Virus record (IMG/VR): IMGVR_UViG_3300036660_000031
Location: 1 to 64,000 of that record
Reading direction: 5' to 3' (one strand)
Length of the DNA stretch: 64,000 nt
Origin: a virus
Taxonomy: Duplodnaviria; Caudoviricetes
The notes under the pieces were generated by a model. That model was not told where the DNA came from and did no database searches. It saw nothing but the letters and a program-made list of their open reading frames with translations. The translations under genes were made by a program, and so were the position numbers. Position 1 is the stretch's first letter, and the number at the start of each line of letters is the position of its first letter. Below are positions 26,588-38,700 of this stretch, piece after piece.

Positions 26588-27358
26588 TTGAAGGAAACTA
26601 TGTCAGAAACAATTGAAGAACCCATTGCACCTAATGATCAACTAATAGCCATCGTTGGATACTCTGCTACTGGTAAGAGTGCAAGCTTGCGTAATATAAG
26701 AAGCAAATCCAGATGGCTGTATCTGAACTGTGAATCAGGCAAACGCCTGCCGTTCAAGAATAACTTCAACAGCATCACCATCACCGATCCCCAAGAGGTG
26801 CTGGACTACATGCAAGAAGCTATTGACAACCCTGAAGAAGTTGATGGCATCATTATTGACTCTATTACTTTCCTGATGGAAATGTACGAGTCTATGTGTG
26901 TACTGACTTCTGCCAATACTATGGCTGCATGGGGTGCTTACCAGCAATACTTCAAGACACTGTTGCAGCAAATGGTTCCAAAGTTTGGTAAGCCAGTGAT
27001 TTTCATTGCACACGTTAAAGACGAAGTGGATGAAAAGAATTTGGAAACCAAGACTTTTATTCCGGTTAAAGGTGCTCTCAAGGGGGTAGGTATTGAAGCT
27101 TATTTCTCCTGCATCGTAGCTGCAAAACGCTTGTCTATTAAAGATTTAAAGGACTATCACAACACCTTACTACCCATCACTGAAGACGATGAAGTGCAAG
27201 GCTACAAACACGTATTTCAAACCCGGTTAACCAAAAAAACAATCGGTGAGCGTATTCGTGGACCAATGGGCATGTTCACTCGTGAACAGACATTCATCGA
27301 CAATGACGCCCAACTTCTGTTGGATCATTTGCATAAATTCTACTCTGCTGAAGAGTAA
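26588..27358 (+). CDS. Sak4-like ssDNA-annealing ATPase (N4 gp44-like)
   Basis: GYSATGKS, IIIDSITF, IFIAH, GIEAYFS. Confidence 0.8.
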   Translation: MKETMSETIEEPIAPNDQLIAIVGYSATGKSASLRNIRSKSRWLYLNCESGKRLPFKNNFNSITITDPQEVLDYMQEAIDNPEEVDGIIIDSITFLMEMYESMCVLTSANTMAAWGAYQQYFKTLLQQMVPKFGKPVIFIAHVKDEVDEKNLETKTFIPVKGALKGVGIEAYFSCIVAAKRLSIKDLKDYHNTLLPITEDDEVQGYKHVFQTRLTKKTIGERIRGPMGMFTREQTFIDNDAQLLLDHLHKFYSAEE

Positions 27359-27394
27359 ACTCACCCTCCCTGAAATTAGAAAGTAAATAAAATT

Positions 27395-28138
27395 ATGTCA
27401 TTTTTCAAAAATCTCTCAACCGATGGCCTCGAAAAACAAGAAGACCGTCTTGGTGGTGGTGGCCTGTGGGACACCAATATGTATGATGGCCGTGTCAAAA
27501 TGGCCTACGCTGCCAGCTATGACAGCGGTGCTCAGTACATTCAACTGATCCTTGCCAAAGATGGTAAAGAGTATCGTGAACGAATTCTGATCACAAACGG
27601 CAAGGGTGAAAACTTCTATACCAAGGATGGTAAGAAGCTGCCACTCATGGGCTTCAGCATGATTGATTCACTCTGCGTGTTGACTACTGATCAGCCATTG
27701 TCTGCACAGGATGTAGAAGAAAAGATTGTCAACGTCTATGACTACGAGTTGAAGAAGGAAGTACCTACTGCTGTACCAGTTCTGACAGGTTTGTTGGATC
27801 AAGAAGTGACCTTTGCTATTGAACGTCAGCTTGGCTTTAAGCAAGCCAAAGGTGGTGATGGCAAGTATCACGATACGGCTGAAGAGCAAGAAACCAATGA
27901 ACTGCAAAAGTTCTATCACACTGAAACCAAGCTGACGGTGACTGAAGCAGAGCAAGGTTTAGAAGAAGGCGTGTTCTATCACAAGTGGCTTGCTGCCAAT
28001 GTAGATGAAAATGGTATTGGCAAAGTGCGTGACAAGCGTAAAGGAACCAAGAACGTAGCTGGTGCTGCTGGCAAGCCTCCTGTGGCTGGTGGTGCTATCG
28101 CTGGTGTCAAGAAATCTATCTTCGGCAAGAAAGCCTAA
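27395..28138 (+). CDS. ssb: Single-stranded DNA-binding protein (N4 gp45-like)
   Basis: DRLGGG, AY...SGA, N4-type C-terminus KSIFG; syntenic. Confidence 0.8.
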   Translation: MSFFKNLSTDGLEKQEDRLGGGGLWDTNMYDGRVKMAYAASYDSGAQYIQLILAKDGKEYRERILITNGKGENFYTKDGKKLPLMGFSMIDSLCVLTTDQPLSAQDVEEKIVNVYDYELKKEVPTAVPVLTGLLDQEVTFAIERQLGFKQAKGGDGKYHDTAEEQETNELQKFYHTETKLTVTEAEQGLEEGVFYHKWLAANVDENGIGKVRDKRKGTKNVAGAAGKPPVAGGAIAGVKKSIFGKKA

Positions 28139-28695
28139 TGAAAATCCCTGTCTGTGGAATGGACCCCAGTTTACGTAACTGGGGCATAGCTGAAGCTATG
28201 CTCGACCTAGAGACAGGGTACTTGGATACCCCACTGCTGACACTGATACAAACAGTTGATCCAGTGGGGAAACAAGTTCGACAAAACTCCAAAGACCTTT
28301 CTTTGGCAGAACAAATCTGTGCAATAGCTTTACCCATAGCACGTAGTGCTAAAGTACTATTCGTTGAGGTGCCTCACGGTTCACAGTCTGCCAGAGCAAT
28401 GGTTAGTTATGGAGTTTGCTGTGGCGTACTTGGTTGCTTCAGAGCAATGGGCATTCCCATAATTCAAGTAGCGCCTGCTGATGTGAAAAGCTCATTCACT
28501 GGAAACAAGCAGGCCACAAAAGAAGAGATGATTGCTCAAGCAGTACTTGAGTATCCTCTTGCTAACTTCCCTCGACAAAGGGGAAAACTGGTAGCTAAAG
28601 CAGAGCACGTTGCTGATGCAATAGCTGCCATTCATGCTGGTGTACTAACACCAGAATTTTCAAACATCATGCGTATTTACAAACAAATAGGTTAA
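28138..28695 (+). CDS. RuvC-like Holliday junction resolvase
   Basis: GMDPSLRNWG, VEVPHGSQSARA, HVADAIAA. Confidence 0.85.
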   Translation: MKIPVCGMDPSLRNWGIAEAMLDLETGYLDTPLLTLIQTVDPVGKQVRQNSKDLSLAEQICAIALPIARSAKVLFVEVPHGSQSARAMVSYGVCCGVLGCFRAMGIPIIQVAPADVKSSFTGNKQATKEEMIAQAVLEYPLANFPRQRGKLVAKAEHVADAIAAIHAGVLTPEFSNIMRIYKQIG

Positions 28696-28697
28696 TC

Positions 28698-29177
28698 ATG
28701 CAACTCATCCTCCCTCAATCCGATCTTGAACAAGCCATCAAGAACTACGTCAACGATCTGGTCAACATCAAAGAAGGTACGACCATTGAAATTGATTTGA
28801 AAGCTGGCCGTGGTCTTGACGGTTTTACAGCCACAGTTGACATCAATAAAATTGGTGGCCCATCTGCTCCGAAGACTGTTGTGCCTGCCGCTTTACCAAT
28901 GGTACAACCTGTACGTGAGCCAAGCAAAGGCATTCTGCGTGGTGTTGCAGTACCTGTTCCTGAGACAGTTGCTGAACCAGAAGCACAGCCAGAAGCAGTA
29001 CAGCAAGCAGAAGCTGATCCAGTTCCTGAAGTAGTGGAACTGCCTACTCCTGAAGCTGAGGCTACTAAAAGTGAGCAGCCCAAAGCTGCTACGCCTAAAG
29101 CGACGGAAGAGCCTGCTGCCGTTGCTGCCACCCCTACTCGTCGTCCCATTTTCGGGAATTTGAAAAAGCCAGAGTAA
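28698..29177 (+). CDS. Conserved hypothetical protein with Pro/Glu/Ala-rich tail
   Basis: 159 aa, syntenic after resolvase in N4-like phages. Confidence 0.7.
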   Translation: MQLILPQSDLEQAIKNYVNDLVNIKEGTTIEIDLKAGRGLDGFTATVDINKIGGPSAPKTVVPAALPMVQPVREPSKGILRGVAVPVPETVAEPEAQPEAVQQAEADPVPEVVELPTPEAEATKSEQPKAATPKATEEPAAVAATPTRRPIFGNLKKPE

Positions 29178-29181
29178 GAAC

Positions 29182-29316
29182 ATGACGGTCATCCTATACA
29201 TCGTATTAGGTGTGGCCGCTGTTCTTGCTATGAGTTCGGCAATAATCGCAGCGGCTCCATACGTTGCAATGTTTCTTGTCATTGGTATAGTGATGTACTT
29301 CATTACCAAAGACTAA
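29182..29316 (+). CDS. Small membrane protein (44 aa)
   Basis: Hand-read MTVILYIVLGVAAVLAMSSAIIAAAPYVAMFLVIGIVMYFITKD. Confidence 0.55.
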   Translation: MTVILYIVLGVAAVLAMSSAIIAAAPYVAMFLVIGIVMYFITKD

Positions 29317-29428
29317 TAAGAAATGACACCCCGGAAAGTACGGGGGCTATCATTGAAAGATTTTGAGACTTAATCTGTTAGTAAATACTAGTTAAGGCTA
29401 GCAGAAAAAGTGGGCATTCAGTAAGCAC

Positions 29429-29510
29429 TGAAGTAGTAATTCAGAAGGCTACACGCACTTGGAAAGAGCGACAACTATTTAAGTTGGCAGGCTATTCATA
29501 CCGTTTACCT
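29429..29510 (+). pseudogene. Possible decayed tRNA-Ser(GGA)
   Basis: CGCAC-TTGGAAA-GAGCG anticodon-like arm and long variable-arm hairpin CAAC-TATTTAA-GTTG; T arm and acceptor stem not intact. Confidence 0.3.
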
Positions 29511-29578
29511 AAGAATCTTTCAATGATGGTGATAGCAATCTCAAAGGTATTGAGGATAAAAAGATTTAGAGTGATTAC

Positions 29579-29653
29579 GGTGGGTGTCGCCAAATGGATT
29601 AAGGCAAGGGCGAATGTGCCCTATCGTTGGTTCGATTCCAATCACCCACCCCA
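29579..29653 (+). tRNA. tRNA-like RNA with His-type G-1:C73 acceptor and non-canonical anticodon loop
   Basis: GTGGGTG/CACCCAC acceptor, GCC/GGC D stem, AGGGC/GCCCT stem with 6-nt loop GAATGT, GTTGG-TTCGATT-CCAAT T arm, encoded CCA. Confidence 0.75.
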
Positions 29654-29737
29654 AACATATAGCAGCCTGAGATTTACAGATACTGCTTATGTGGGTAGTT
29701 TGCTAGTTCTACGACTTGAAAAAACTAGCACCCATTT

Positions 29738-29767
29738 TGTGAGAGACAAACCATCTTGTCTCTCACA
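29738..29767. terminator. 12-bp hairpin between convergent middle and late blocks
   Basis: TGTGAGAGACAA-ACCATC-TTGTCTCTCACA, 9 bp from the vRNAP stop. Confidence 0.7.
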
Positions 29768-29775
29768 TTTCCCCA

Positions 29776-32700
29776 TTAATGAGTCATTGCCCACCAAGGG
29801 TTCAATGCTGGAGCACGTAGTCCCATTCCTGGCCCCATTGAATATCCTAAAGTTCCACTCACAGCTTTGGTTAAGAAGTTGTCTTCGATAGGAGAACCAA
29901 TAGGTCCAAACATGGCAGGCACAGGCATCAAGCCTGATACAAAAGCATGTACAGGATTGTTTCTCAACATCGAAGCAGCTACCTTAGTAGAACGCAGCTT
30001 GAAGTTGTAGAACCAAAGCAAACCAATCTGCTCCAGATAACCACGGAATCTACCGGGCAACCTGTCATAGTTAATAAACTCTTCGGTGATCATCGCCATA
30101 GCTTCAGCAGGAGGTTTACCTTTACGCAGAACTAACTCGTCATACATGATCGCTTTAGCCAAGAAGTCTCCATACTGGACGGCCTTCTGCAAGCCTTGAA
30201 ACAACGCCGTGTCTTTAGTAATGTAGGCATAACGTCCGGCATTACGAATAGATTCAGGAAGCTTGCTCACTTGCTTCTCGATGTACTCTTGCCAACGTCC
30301 TTGGCTCAAATCAACGTCATCGTGCATCACACCCACATCTGAAATCGCAGTAAATTCACCAGCTTCAATTAAAGGCCAGATCGTCAACCGACGTTGTGCA
30401 TCCTTGAGTGATTGAATCTCAGCCTCAAGCTTCAGTACAGCATTGGTTCCTACAGCAGCACGTAACTCAGCTTCAGCATCAACCTGACGCAAGCGGTTCT
30501 TAACGTATGAGTTAATCTCAATTGTCTTGCTGTTGGACTTCTTCAGAATGTCCAACAATGGGACACCACGAGACTTTAACTGAACCATGTTAGATACAAG
30601 GTTCATTACAGGAACAATCACAGACTTCACAACAATAGTTGTACGAGCATCGCTCATGAAGTTTGAAAGAATCTTCTCACCGTTAGTCAGGTGGCTGAAA
30701 GCTTTGTTGCCCATCACACCTAAAGCAACACGTTTAAAGATTTCCTGTGTTTCATCAGAGAACCGGGTATTACCTGTCCAAGCATCACCGACTGAAGCAG
30801 CACGATAACCAAAAGCATCAAACAGCATGTCACGACGAACCATAAATTCGTCATCAGAACCAACTGCATTAGCCATGTAGTCTTTAACTGAAGCAGGCAT
30901 GATCTTCAGTGCGTCTTTCAGCACAGGGTCTTTGGCATCATAGATATTGACATACTCAGAAGCACGGCCTGCTTGTAAGTCTTTCTTGTACATAGCAACC
31001 ATGTTGTCTACCAACTTGTCATTGACAGAACTAGCCATAGCTTCTTCAACCTGACGACCACGCCACACACCAAGCATTTGGTGTAGCTTGTCATTCTTCT
31101 GCAAGCGTTCCAACTGCGTTGGATCAATAGAGCGTTCATAAGCAATCACGTCACCAGTAGGGCCGAACACAGGCATCAGTTGTTCATTAGTTCTTTTCTC
31201 AGCACCAAGAGCAATACGCTTAGTAATCTCAGCAACCACAGCAGGTTCATTGATCATGCCAGCAGTCAGACCTTGTGTATAACCGTGCATGGCAGTTACG
31301 CCACCAGCAGTAATGTTCACGTTCTGCACAATGCCTTGGCTAAATGGAGCACGAGTAGGAGTGTTGCTAAAGTAGTAACTCTTCTTGAGTGGATACTTCT
31401 CACCACCAGCACCATCGTAGGAACCAACCATGACATAGCTCATAGCAGTCAGGCGTGCATGTTGTGTATCGTCAGCAACTATCAGAGACATACCAGAAGA
31501 TTGAACCGATGGAATGTAGCCTTTGTAGTGATTGAAAAGTGAACCAGAATTAGCAAGTGCCTTGTCTGTCTCGTCCTTACGTTGTTGCTTCAGGTAAGAG
31601 AACGTGAAGTCCAGACCGGCATCATCAGACAGTTCGTTGAAGGTATTACGCTCGGCTTGTTCCATATCCCGAACAGCGTACAGCGATACCAGTTGGTCAA
31701 TGTCACTAGTCAAAACTGGAGTGATCGTGATCTTGGCAACACGCTCATTGAACATACGGGAGATAGCTTCTGCATTACGCAGCAAGTTAGAACCCGGATT
31801 ACCAGTCTTCATGTAGTCAGCCAGTTGCTTGGACTTAGCCAAGTAACGTGGAGCATGTACACCAGTGAGTACCTTGATTGCATCTTCCTTGGCTTTAATG
31901 GCTTGGGCCATCTTAGCTTTATTGCGAATCAGTTCTTTGATTTCAACGAAAGGAATATTGAGAGAAACCAAATCAGTCTTACCCATGACTTTATTGAGAT
32001 CAGTCCACTGCTCATTAGTCAGAGTAGTTTTAAATTCTTTCTCAATACGCAGTGGAACATTCTCACGGAACTCTTGACGAACAGCAGCAACAGTAGAACG
32101 CACCTTTTTGATCATGTCGTAAATGTCAGCATTGGAACCAACACGACCAATCAGATCATTGGCAAAGTCACGCAATGGCTGTAGACCTTCACGACTGCTC
32201 ATTGCAGACAGAGCACCTTCAGCACTTGCTTCAGCAGTAGTGTTAGTCAAAGTACCAGAGACAGCTTTGACAACTTCACCAGCAACAACTACATATTTGT
32301 TGTTTGAGGTCTTTAGCTTGTTGCCTAAATTAGCACCAGCCAGAGCCAAATCACCAAGGCGATCAACTACTTTACCGTTGGCAGTATCAACCCAACCACC
32401 CATCTTGTCACCCATCATCGTGAGTACGGTAGCTTTCTTATCAACAGTATCAAGAATGTTTTCCTGTAAACCATCAATAGCTTCCCGAACAGAGTCAGTA
32501 TCTTTGGTTCCAGACAGGCGATTAGACAATGCTTCCATAGCGTTATTGCCGTAGTTACGCAGGTAATCATCCAGTGTAGTGCCAGTGTTTTTAGCAACTT
32601 CAGGCATAGTCATAGTAGACAGAATAGTCCTAAAGCTATCATCAACAGTAGCTAAAGCAAAGAACACTGGCATTAAAGAACTACGTCCAGCAGAATCTTT

Positions 32701-35700
32701 AACCAGCAAAGTTTTACCCATGATCAAGTCATACTTCTCCTGTGCATAGAACCTATCAGCAGGATCATTGAGTTGTGGGTTAACCATGAAGTTCTCTACT
32801 TCAAGCTGCTTAGTAACGTGGTTGTATAACTCTTGTGCTTTAGCAATTGAAGCAGGATTCAAAGCAGCTTCTGTACTCAATGCACCCACTACAACTTGGA
32901 AAGTACTTTTCTGTTGTTGGCTCATAGGGAAACTTGCAGACACAGTATTAGTCAAAACAGTTGCATGATTAACAGCAGTGTTCTTCTTCACCTGATTAAC
33001 CAAACCATTAAACAAAGGCTCCATCATTTCCAGATAAGCAGTCTCAATCTGATTAAGACGAGCATCATTGCCATAGGCAGTTGAGTGACGCAAGATCAAA
33101 GCCTTACCTGCATTTACAGGGTTAGGCTGACGACGAGTACTAATCAAAGCAGTGTTAAACCGTACTTGATTAAAGAAGTCTCGTGGCAGTTTGTCAGGGC
33201 TAGAACCAAAGAAGATATTACGGATGGTGTTAACCACAGCACGGGTGAACTTCACCAATGCAGAAGGGTTAGCCTTGGTAGCTTTACCAACTTCAATCAG
33301 AGCTTCGTTAGTAGTGGCCCATGCCATCAGTTCATTCAGTTCAGCAGCATCACCAAACTCAGACTTAGCAGCTTTCATTGAATTGATTGCCTGAGTGACA
33401 GCAAGGTTCTGTTCTGGAGTACGCTCCAGAGCACCGTTATGCTGCATCGTATAGAACTGGTCACGTAGAGCTTTCAAACGCTCCACAGCAGCCACAGTGA
33501 CTTTATCTTTGTTGGTTCCTGCGATAGCAGACTGTACTTTTTCAAAGGTAGCAGCATGAACCAACTCATGTACCAGTACTTCAGGACTGCCTGAAGTTAG
33601 GAAGATAAGCTTGCTTTCTGGCAAAGTCAAACCATCAGCAGAACCAAGTAAACCACCAGTCTCTGTTTGAATGTCTTCACGAGTACCAACGATCACACGA
33701 TAGTCACGCATAGCAGGGCTACGCAATGCTTGCTTGGCAGTCTCTTGCAAGTCAGCAGGCATCTTCCGAACCAAGGTCAATACACCCTCAAAAGTCATCA
33801 TGATCCTTGGGATCATTTTCTTTTCGAGTGGCTTGAGTTCTTCACTGTTTGAATCACGGGCAAAGCTGATCTTGCTGATCCTACGGAACTCTTCTTTGTA
33901 TATTTCATTCAGACGAGCGATCTGCTCATCTTCTGGCATCATGGACAGGTCTTCACCTTCATTCTGGTAAGGAGCTTCAGCAGAGGCCATCTGATCAACA
34001 GAGTGACGTACACGCTTCAAGGTGGCATGACGAGCATCAATCTCATTAGCCATGTTCTCAATGACACCACTCACATAGTCCAGTCCGTCAGAGAAACTAA
34101 TATCACTTAGACCCAAAGAAGTAAAGGTACGCTGCATGGCTTCGACTTCACGCTCATTGCCCATAGTGTCAGCCATAACTTGCTTCATGTTAGGCAACGA
34201 AGCTCTAAAGCTATCAGCAACAGCCCTCATAGGATTACCCTGCCATGTCTGAGACACGGCAGTATTAGCTTGCAGTGATCCTTCTTTAATCTTGTCAACG
34301 GGCATGTTCACACCGTCAAAGATTTTCAAGGTGCCAGCAATAGCATTAGGCATAGTGCTCATAAGCTGCATCATCAGACCGTCACCCATACCAATGTTCA
34401 GGAATGGGGAACCAGCAACACCAGCATGGTCAGGTGCAAACACTGAAGCATCCATTGCATAGTCACCAGCCAGAGCTTGAGAGAATGCACTGACATTCAC
34501 CATAGTCTGAGATGTACTAGCTATCAAGAACTCTTGAGCCTTAGTTTTCACAGTAGGGAACTGTTTGATTAAGTCAGCCATGATTGCTTGCTGTTCATTA
34601 CGGCTCAGGAACTGAGTCTTAGGACGAGCATGTTTCTGCACAGCTTGATAAACAGCAGCTTCAAACCTAGCAGTCATAGCAATGGATTGCAGGTTAGTAG
34701 CAACCTGAATCATCTGTGATGAATCCATCACTTCAGTACCGACAGTTTCTTCGATACCTTTACGCAATGGCTCAACGAACATCTTCAGCATGTTCTCTTG
34801 TAGCGACTTCAAATGTAGACCACCTACCTTAAAAGTAGCTGGAGTACCCCAATTCATTGGTGGAACTTTTGTATATACAGTGTTTCCATCAGGGCCAGTT
34901 GAGCTTGTACTGGTAGGAATAATGACGTACTTTTCCTTCTTCTTGGAGAATTTCACAAAGGTATCTGTGAGCATGGACATTGAATCAAGAAAGTCTGAGT
35001 ACATAGATTCAGCAGACTTATTAGCTGAAGCCATTGAACCAAACATAGCATCATGGAATTTCATGCCGGGGTTGGCAGCTTGTTTCTGCATAGCCTCAGA
35101 CATTTTGGCGTAGATACTATCGAGCAGTTCAGCCGTAACTTTGTTAGCAATACCACGAGCGCCAGAACCATAAACAGTGATGGTCAATGGATTCTTAGCC
35201 ACACCACGTTGTAGTTCGATTTCACCAGTCTTCTCATTGATCGACACGTCCTTAACAAAGACGTTCATCAAACGCATGAGAGGACTGATCAAACGATTTG
35301 CATTGTCAGATTCCAAACGTTGTTGCATCTCAATTCTGCGTTCAGCAAACTTGAGAGTAGAAGCCATATACAGATCAACACCATCAGTCTTACGGTGTTC
35401 ATTCATTGTTTGATCGGGTGTCAAGAACAGACCACCCTTGGCAACATTACGCAACCAGTTAGGAGTAAACCTACCAGAAGCCAAGTTAACCATTGCATTG
35501 ATTGGGCCGTTGGTCACACCGTCTGCTTCAACATAAACAGCAGTGTCGTACTCAGAAGGCATACCACCGTCTTCAATCATGTTCTGAAGGCGAGCATAGT
35601 CAACGATTGCATGTAGTCCCATGAACGTACTACCAGCAGCAGGCATCGCAGCTTTGATAACAGAAACAGCATCACTATCTACTGAACCAGTAGCATCATA

Positions 35701-38700
35701 CTTTTGCATCAAAAGCAGAGCATCTTTCAGATTACCAGCAAACAAAGTTTTTACTTTGGCAATGGAATCTTCCAAAGGAATAGTGTGTACTTTCACACCA
35801 AGCATCTGTGCGACAGACAACATATAGTTGTTGTAATCTTCTTGGTTCGTCATATCAATCTTGGATTGATTAGGCATGAGTGCTTCACGAACCAACTTAG
35901 AAGCTTGGGGATTCTGACGACCAAGCATCTGCATACGACCAACCCGGCTTATGCCGTAAGCAAAGCGTACAGGTACTTGAGTACGGTTCTTTCCAATAGT
36001 ATCAGCTACGTTATCTATCTCTTTAGTACGAGCCAACAGGGAATCAAATGCAGCAGTGATTGACAGGTTCTTACCTTCAACAGACTCAAGGTGAGTCTTA
36101 TTAAACAAGGCACGCTTCTTTTCATCAATCTTGCCAGCACCAAAGATTTCAATCAAACCATCAGGTTTAAGTTGCTCATACAGTTTGAGCATTAGTTCAT
36201 TCAAAAAGAATGGAGTCTTCTGTTCAGCTTCTATAGCTTTGGTTTGTTCAGCAGTCAGTGCCACATCAGCATTGTTCATCTGTGACTTAGCAACTGGAGG
36301 AATAGCATCCCCAAAATACATAGACTCTGGTACTTCAGAGTTAGCAATCTCAGATAGTAATGTGGGGTAACCCTCATAAGCATCATTGCCAAGCACAGCA
36401 TGGTCAAGCTTGAAAGTGTGCAAGTCTTTATTAGTACCAACGTTCAACAGCTTATGGTCAACCAGTTTGGCTTCCATCATAGACATAAGAACTTCAGTAG
36501 CAACAGCTTGTGGAATACCTATCGTAGCTGATTGGGTGTAATCATTGTTGCCCTTCAAACCCCAGAACTCTGTGATGTTTGCAGCGATACGTGGAACCAC
36601 ATCAACCAACAGCAGCAGATCACCACCATTGAACTCAGCCAACATCTCAGGAGATACTTCGTCTTCAGCAATATTGAGAATCTTGGCAATGTCTTTCTCT
36701 TCACGAATAGGGCCAGAGTTCGTAGCATTCTGGAACCAATCTATACCAGCCAGAACAGCAGACTCTACAAGTTCTTGGTTATAGGCATAACCACCTTTGC
36801 CATCAGAATCAGCAATACTCAATACTTTGCCACGCAGGAAGTCACTAACGTCAGTACCTTTATCAAGCAGTTGACGTAGGGTCAAACCCTTATTCTTAGG
36901 CACAACGTCCAACTGTTTATTCAAGTTGGCGTTCATCATTTGAACTAGCTTACGAGTCATCACAGGTACACGGTTACGATAGTACTCTGTGATTTCAGGA
37001 GTCAACTTACGTTTCTCAGTTGTACCCATGAAAGTATTGAATGACTCACGAGACTGCATAGCATCTTTAAGTGCTTGTGCAGGGGAACCAGAACCAAAGA
37101 AGCGAGAGACAACCTTACGCAAATTGAATGCTTTAGCCAGTGAAGTACCTTCGTCTTTTGTAGGTGTCACCAAATTAGGATAAGCATCTGCTACAGTTTT
37201 AATAGCAAGAGGTGCTTCTGGCTCAACGCTTGGCGGCGTTTCTACTAGTGGTTCAACCACTGGTGGAGTATCAACTACAGGGGGTGGAACTACAACAACA
37301 GGTGAAGCAGGAGTAATCTTAGCTACCACTGGAGTAGGAGTTACAACGGCTTTAGGGGCTTCTTCCTGCACTGCAATATCAGCACCGGCAGTAGTCTCAC
37401 GCAGATTCATTTCAGCGTCTAACTGTTTGAATCGTAAGCGTTCTGCATAGCCCGGTGTAACCATTTCTTTATCTAATTGGTTCTGCAAAGTAGCATCAGA
37501 AGCTTTCTTAATAGCTACTGGAATACTTAATTCCTTGGGGGCTTTTTGTTTTACGCCTGTTCTTGCTTCTTGCGTTCCAACAGATTTTGCAACACTTCCA
37601 TCCGATTCTTTGGTGGTAGTGACCGTAGTTCCTTCAGGGATTGTTCCTTCGATTTCGGCTTGGGTAGTTGTAATTTCATTTAGTAATTCCTGCTCAGTAA
37701 ATTGATTTTCAAGTTGATTAAGTGTTTGATCCAATTGCTTTAATAAGTCTTCTGTTTCATTGGTCAAATAATTCTGATTGCGTAGCTTTTCTTTGATGTA
37801 CTCAGTAGCAGCGACTTCATCTGTACCACGTAAACTAAATGGTAAAAACTCATCAAGAGCGCCATCAGCAACACGATCAACAAGTGAACTACCCGGTTTA
37901 CCTCTCAATAAGCTATATCGCTTTTTCCATTCTTTGCCATAAGTATCTAACAAGTCAGACTCATTCATTGAGTTTTTGATAGCACTCCATAAACTACTTG
38001 GATTCTTACGTTTGGTTGAACGAATCTTTTTCTCAACCTTAGCAATTTTTTGTTCTGTAGTTGGTTCAACAGCGGCAGCTTTAACCTTTTTAGGTGTCTT
38101 AGCTACGGGATCAGCTTTAGGGGGTACAGAAACTGAAACAGGGGTTTCTACTACTGGAGCAGGAGTAGTTTGTTTTACACCATAGCCACGTTTGCCATTA
38201 GCAAACTCAGCAGCTACTTCAGGAGCTTTGCCTTGAAGGATTGCATCCAGTTCAGGAATAGGCAGGCTATCCAATTGCAGGGCAGGATAAGCCTCAGCTA
38301 AACCATTGTGTACTTGGGCCAGGAATCTAGCTTCAGCAGTCACAGTATTAGCAAAGCGAAGTGAACCAACCTGATTAGGGGTAACACCGATCAGCTTCTT
38401 GGAAGGAACCATCTTAAAGCCAGCAGCAGCCGACAGTACATTTGCAGCTACCCGTGGTGCATCAGGGCCAGCAGCAAAGTGTTCATTAATTGCTTTTACT
38501 TTGTTAGCCTGACCTTGGGCAAACATACCAAACAGTTTCAATGCACCTTGAGCAGCAGCCATGTCACCGTTGTTGATCAGCTTAGTAATATGGTTAGCAT
38601 GTTGTAAAGCCGAACGCTTACCATCCACATTACGGCCATCATCATCTTCAGTTTTGACTTGGAATGCCACAATGTCTTTAGGCCGTGGATCACCAGCAGC

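Noticed and set aside
29484-29891. 135-aa plus-strand ORF
   Set aside because: Starts at TTG, runs through the tRNA-like element and hairpins and overlaps the vRNAP 3' end antisense.
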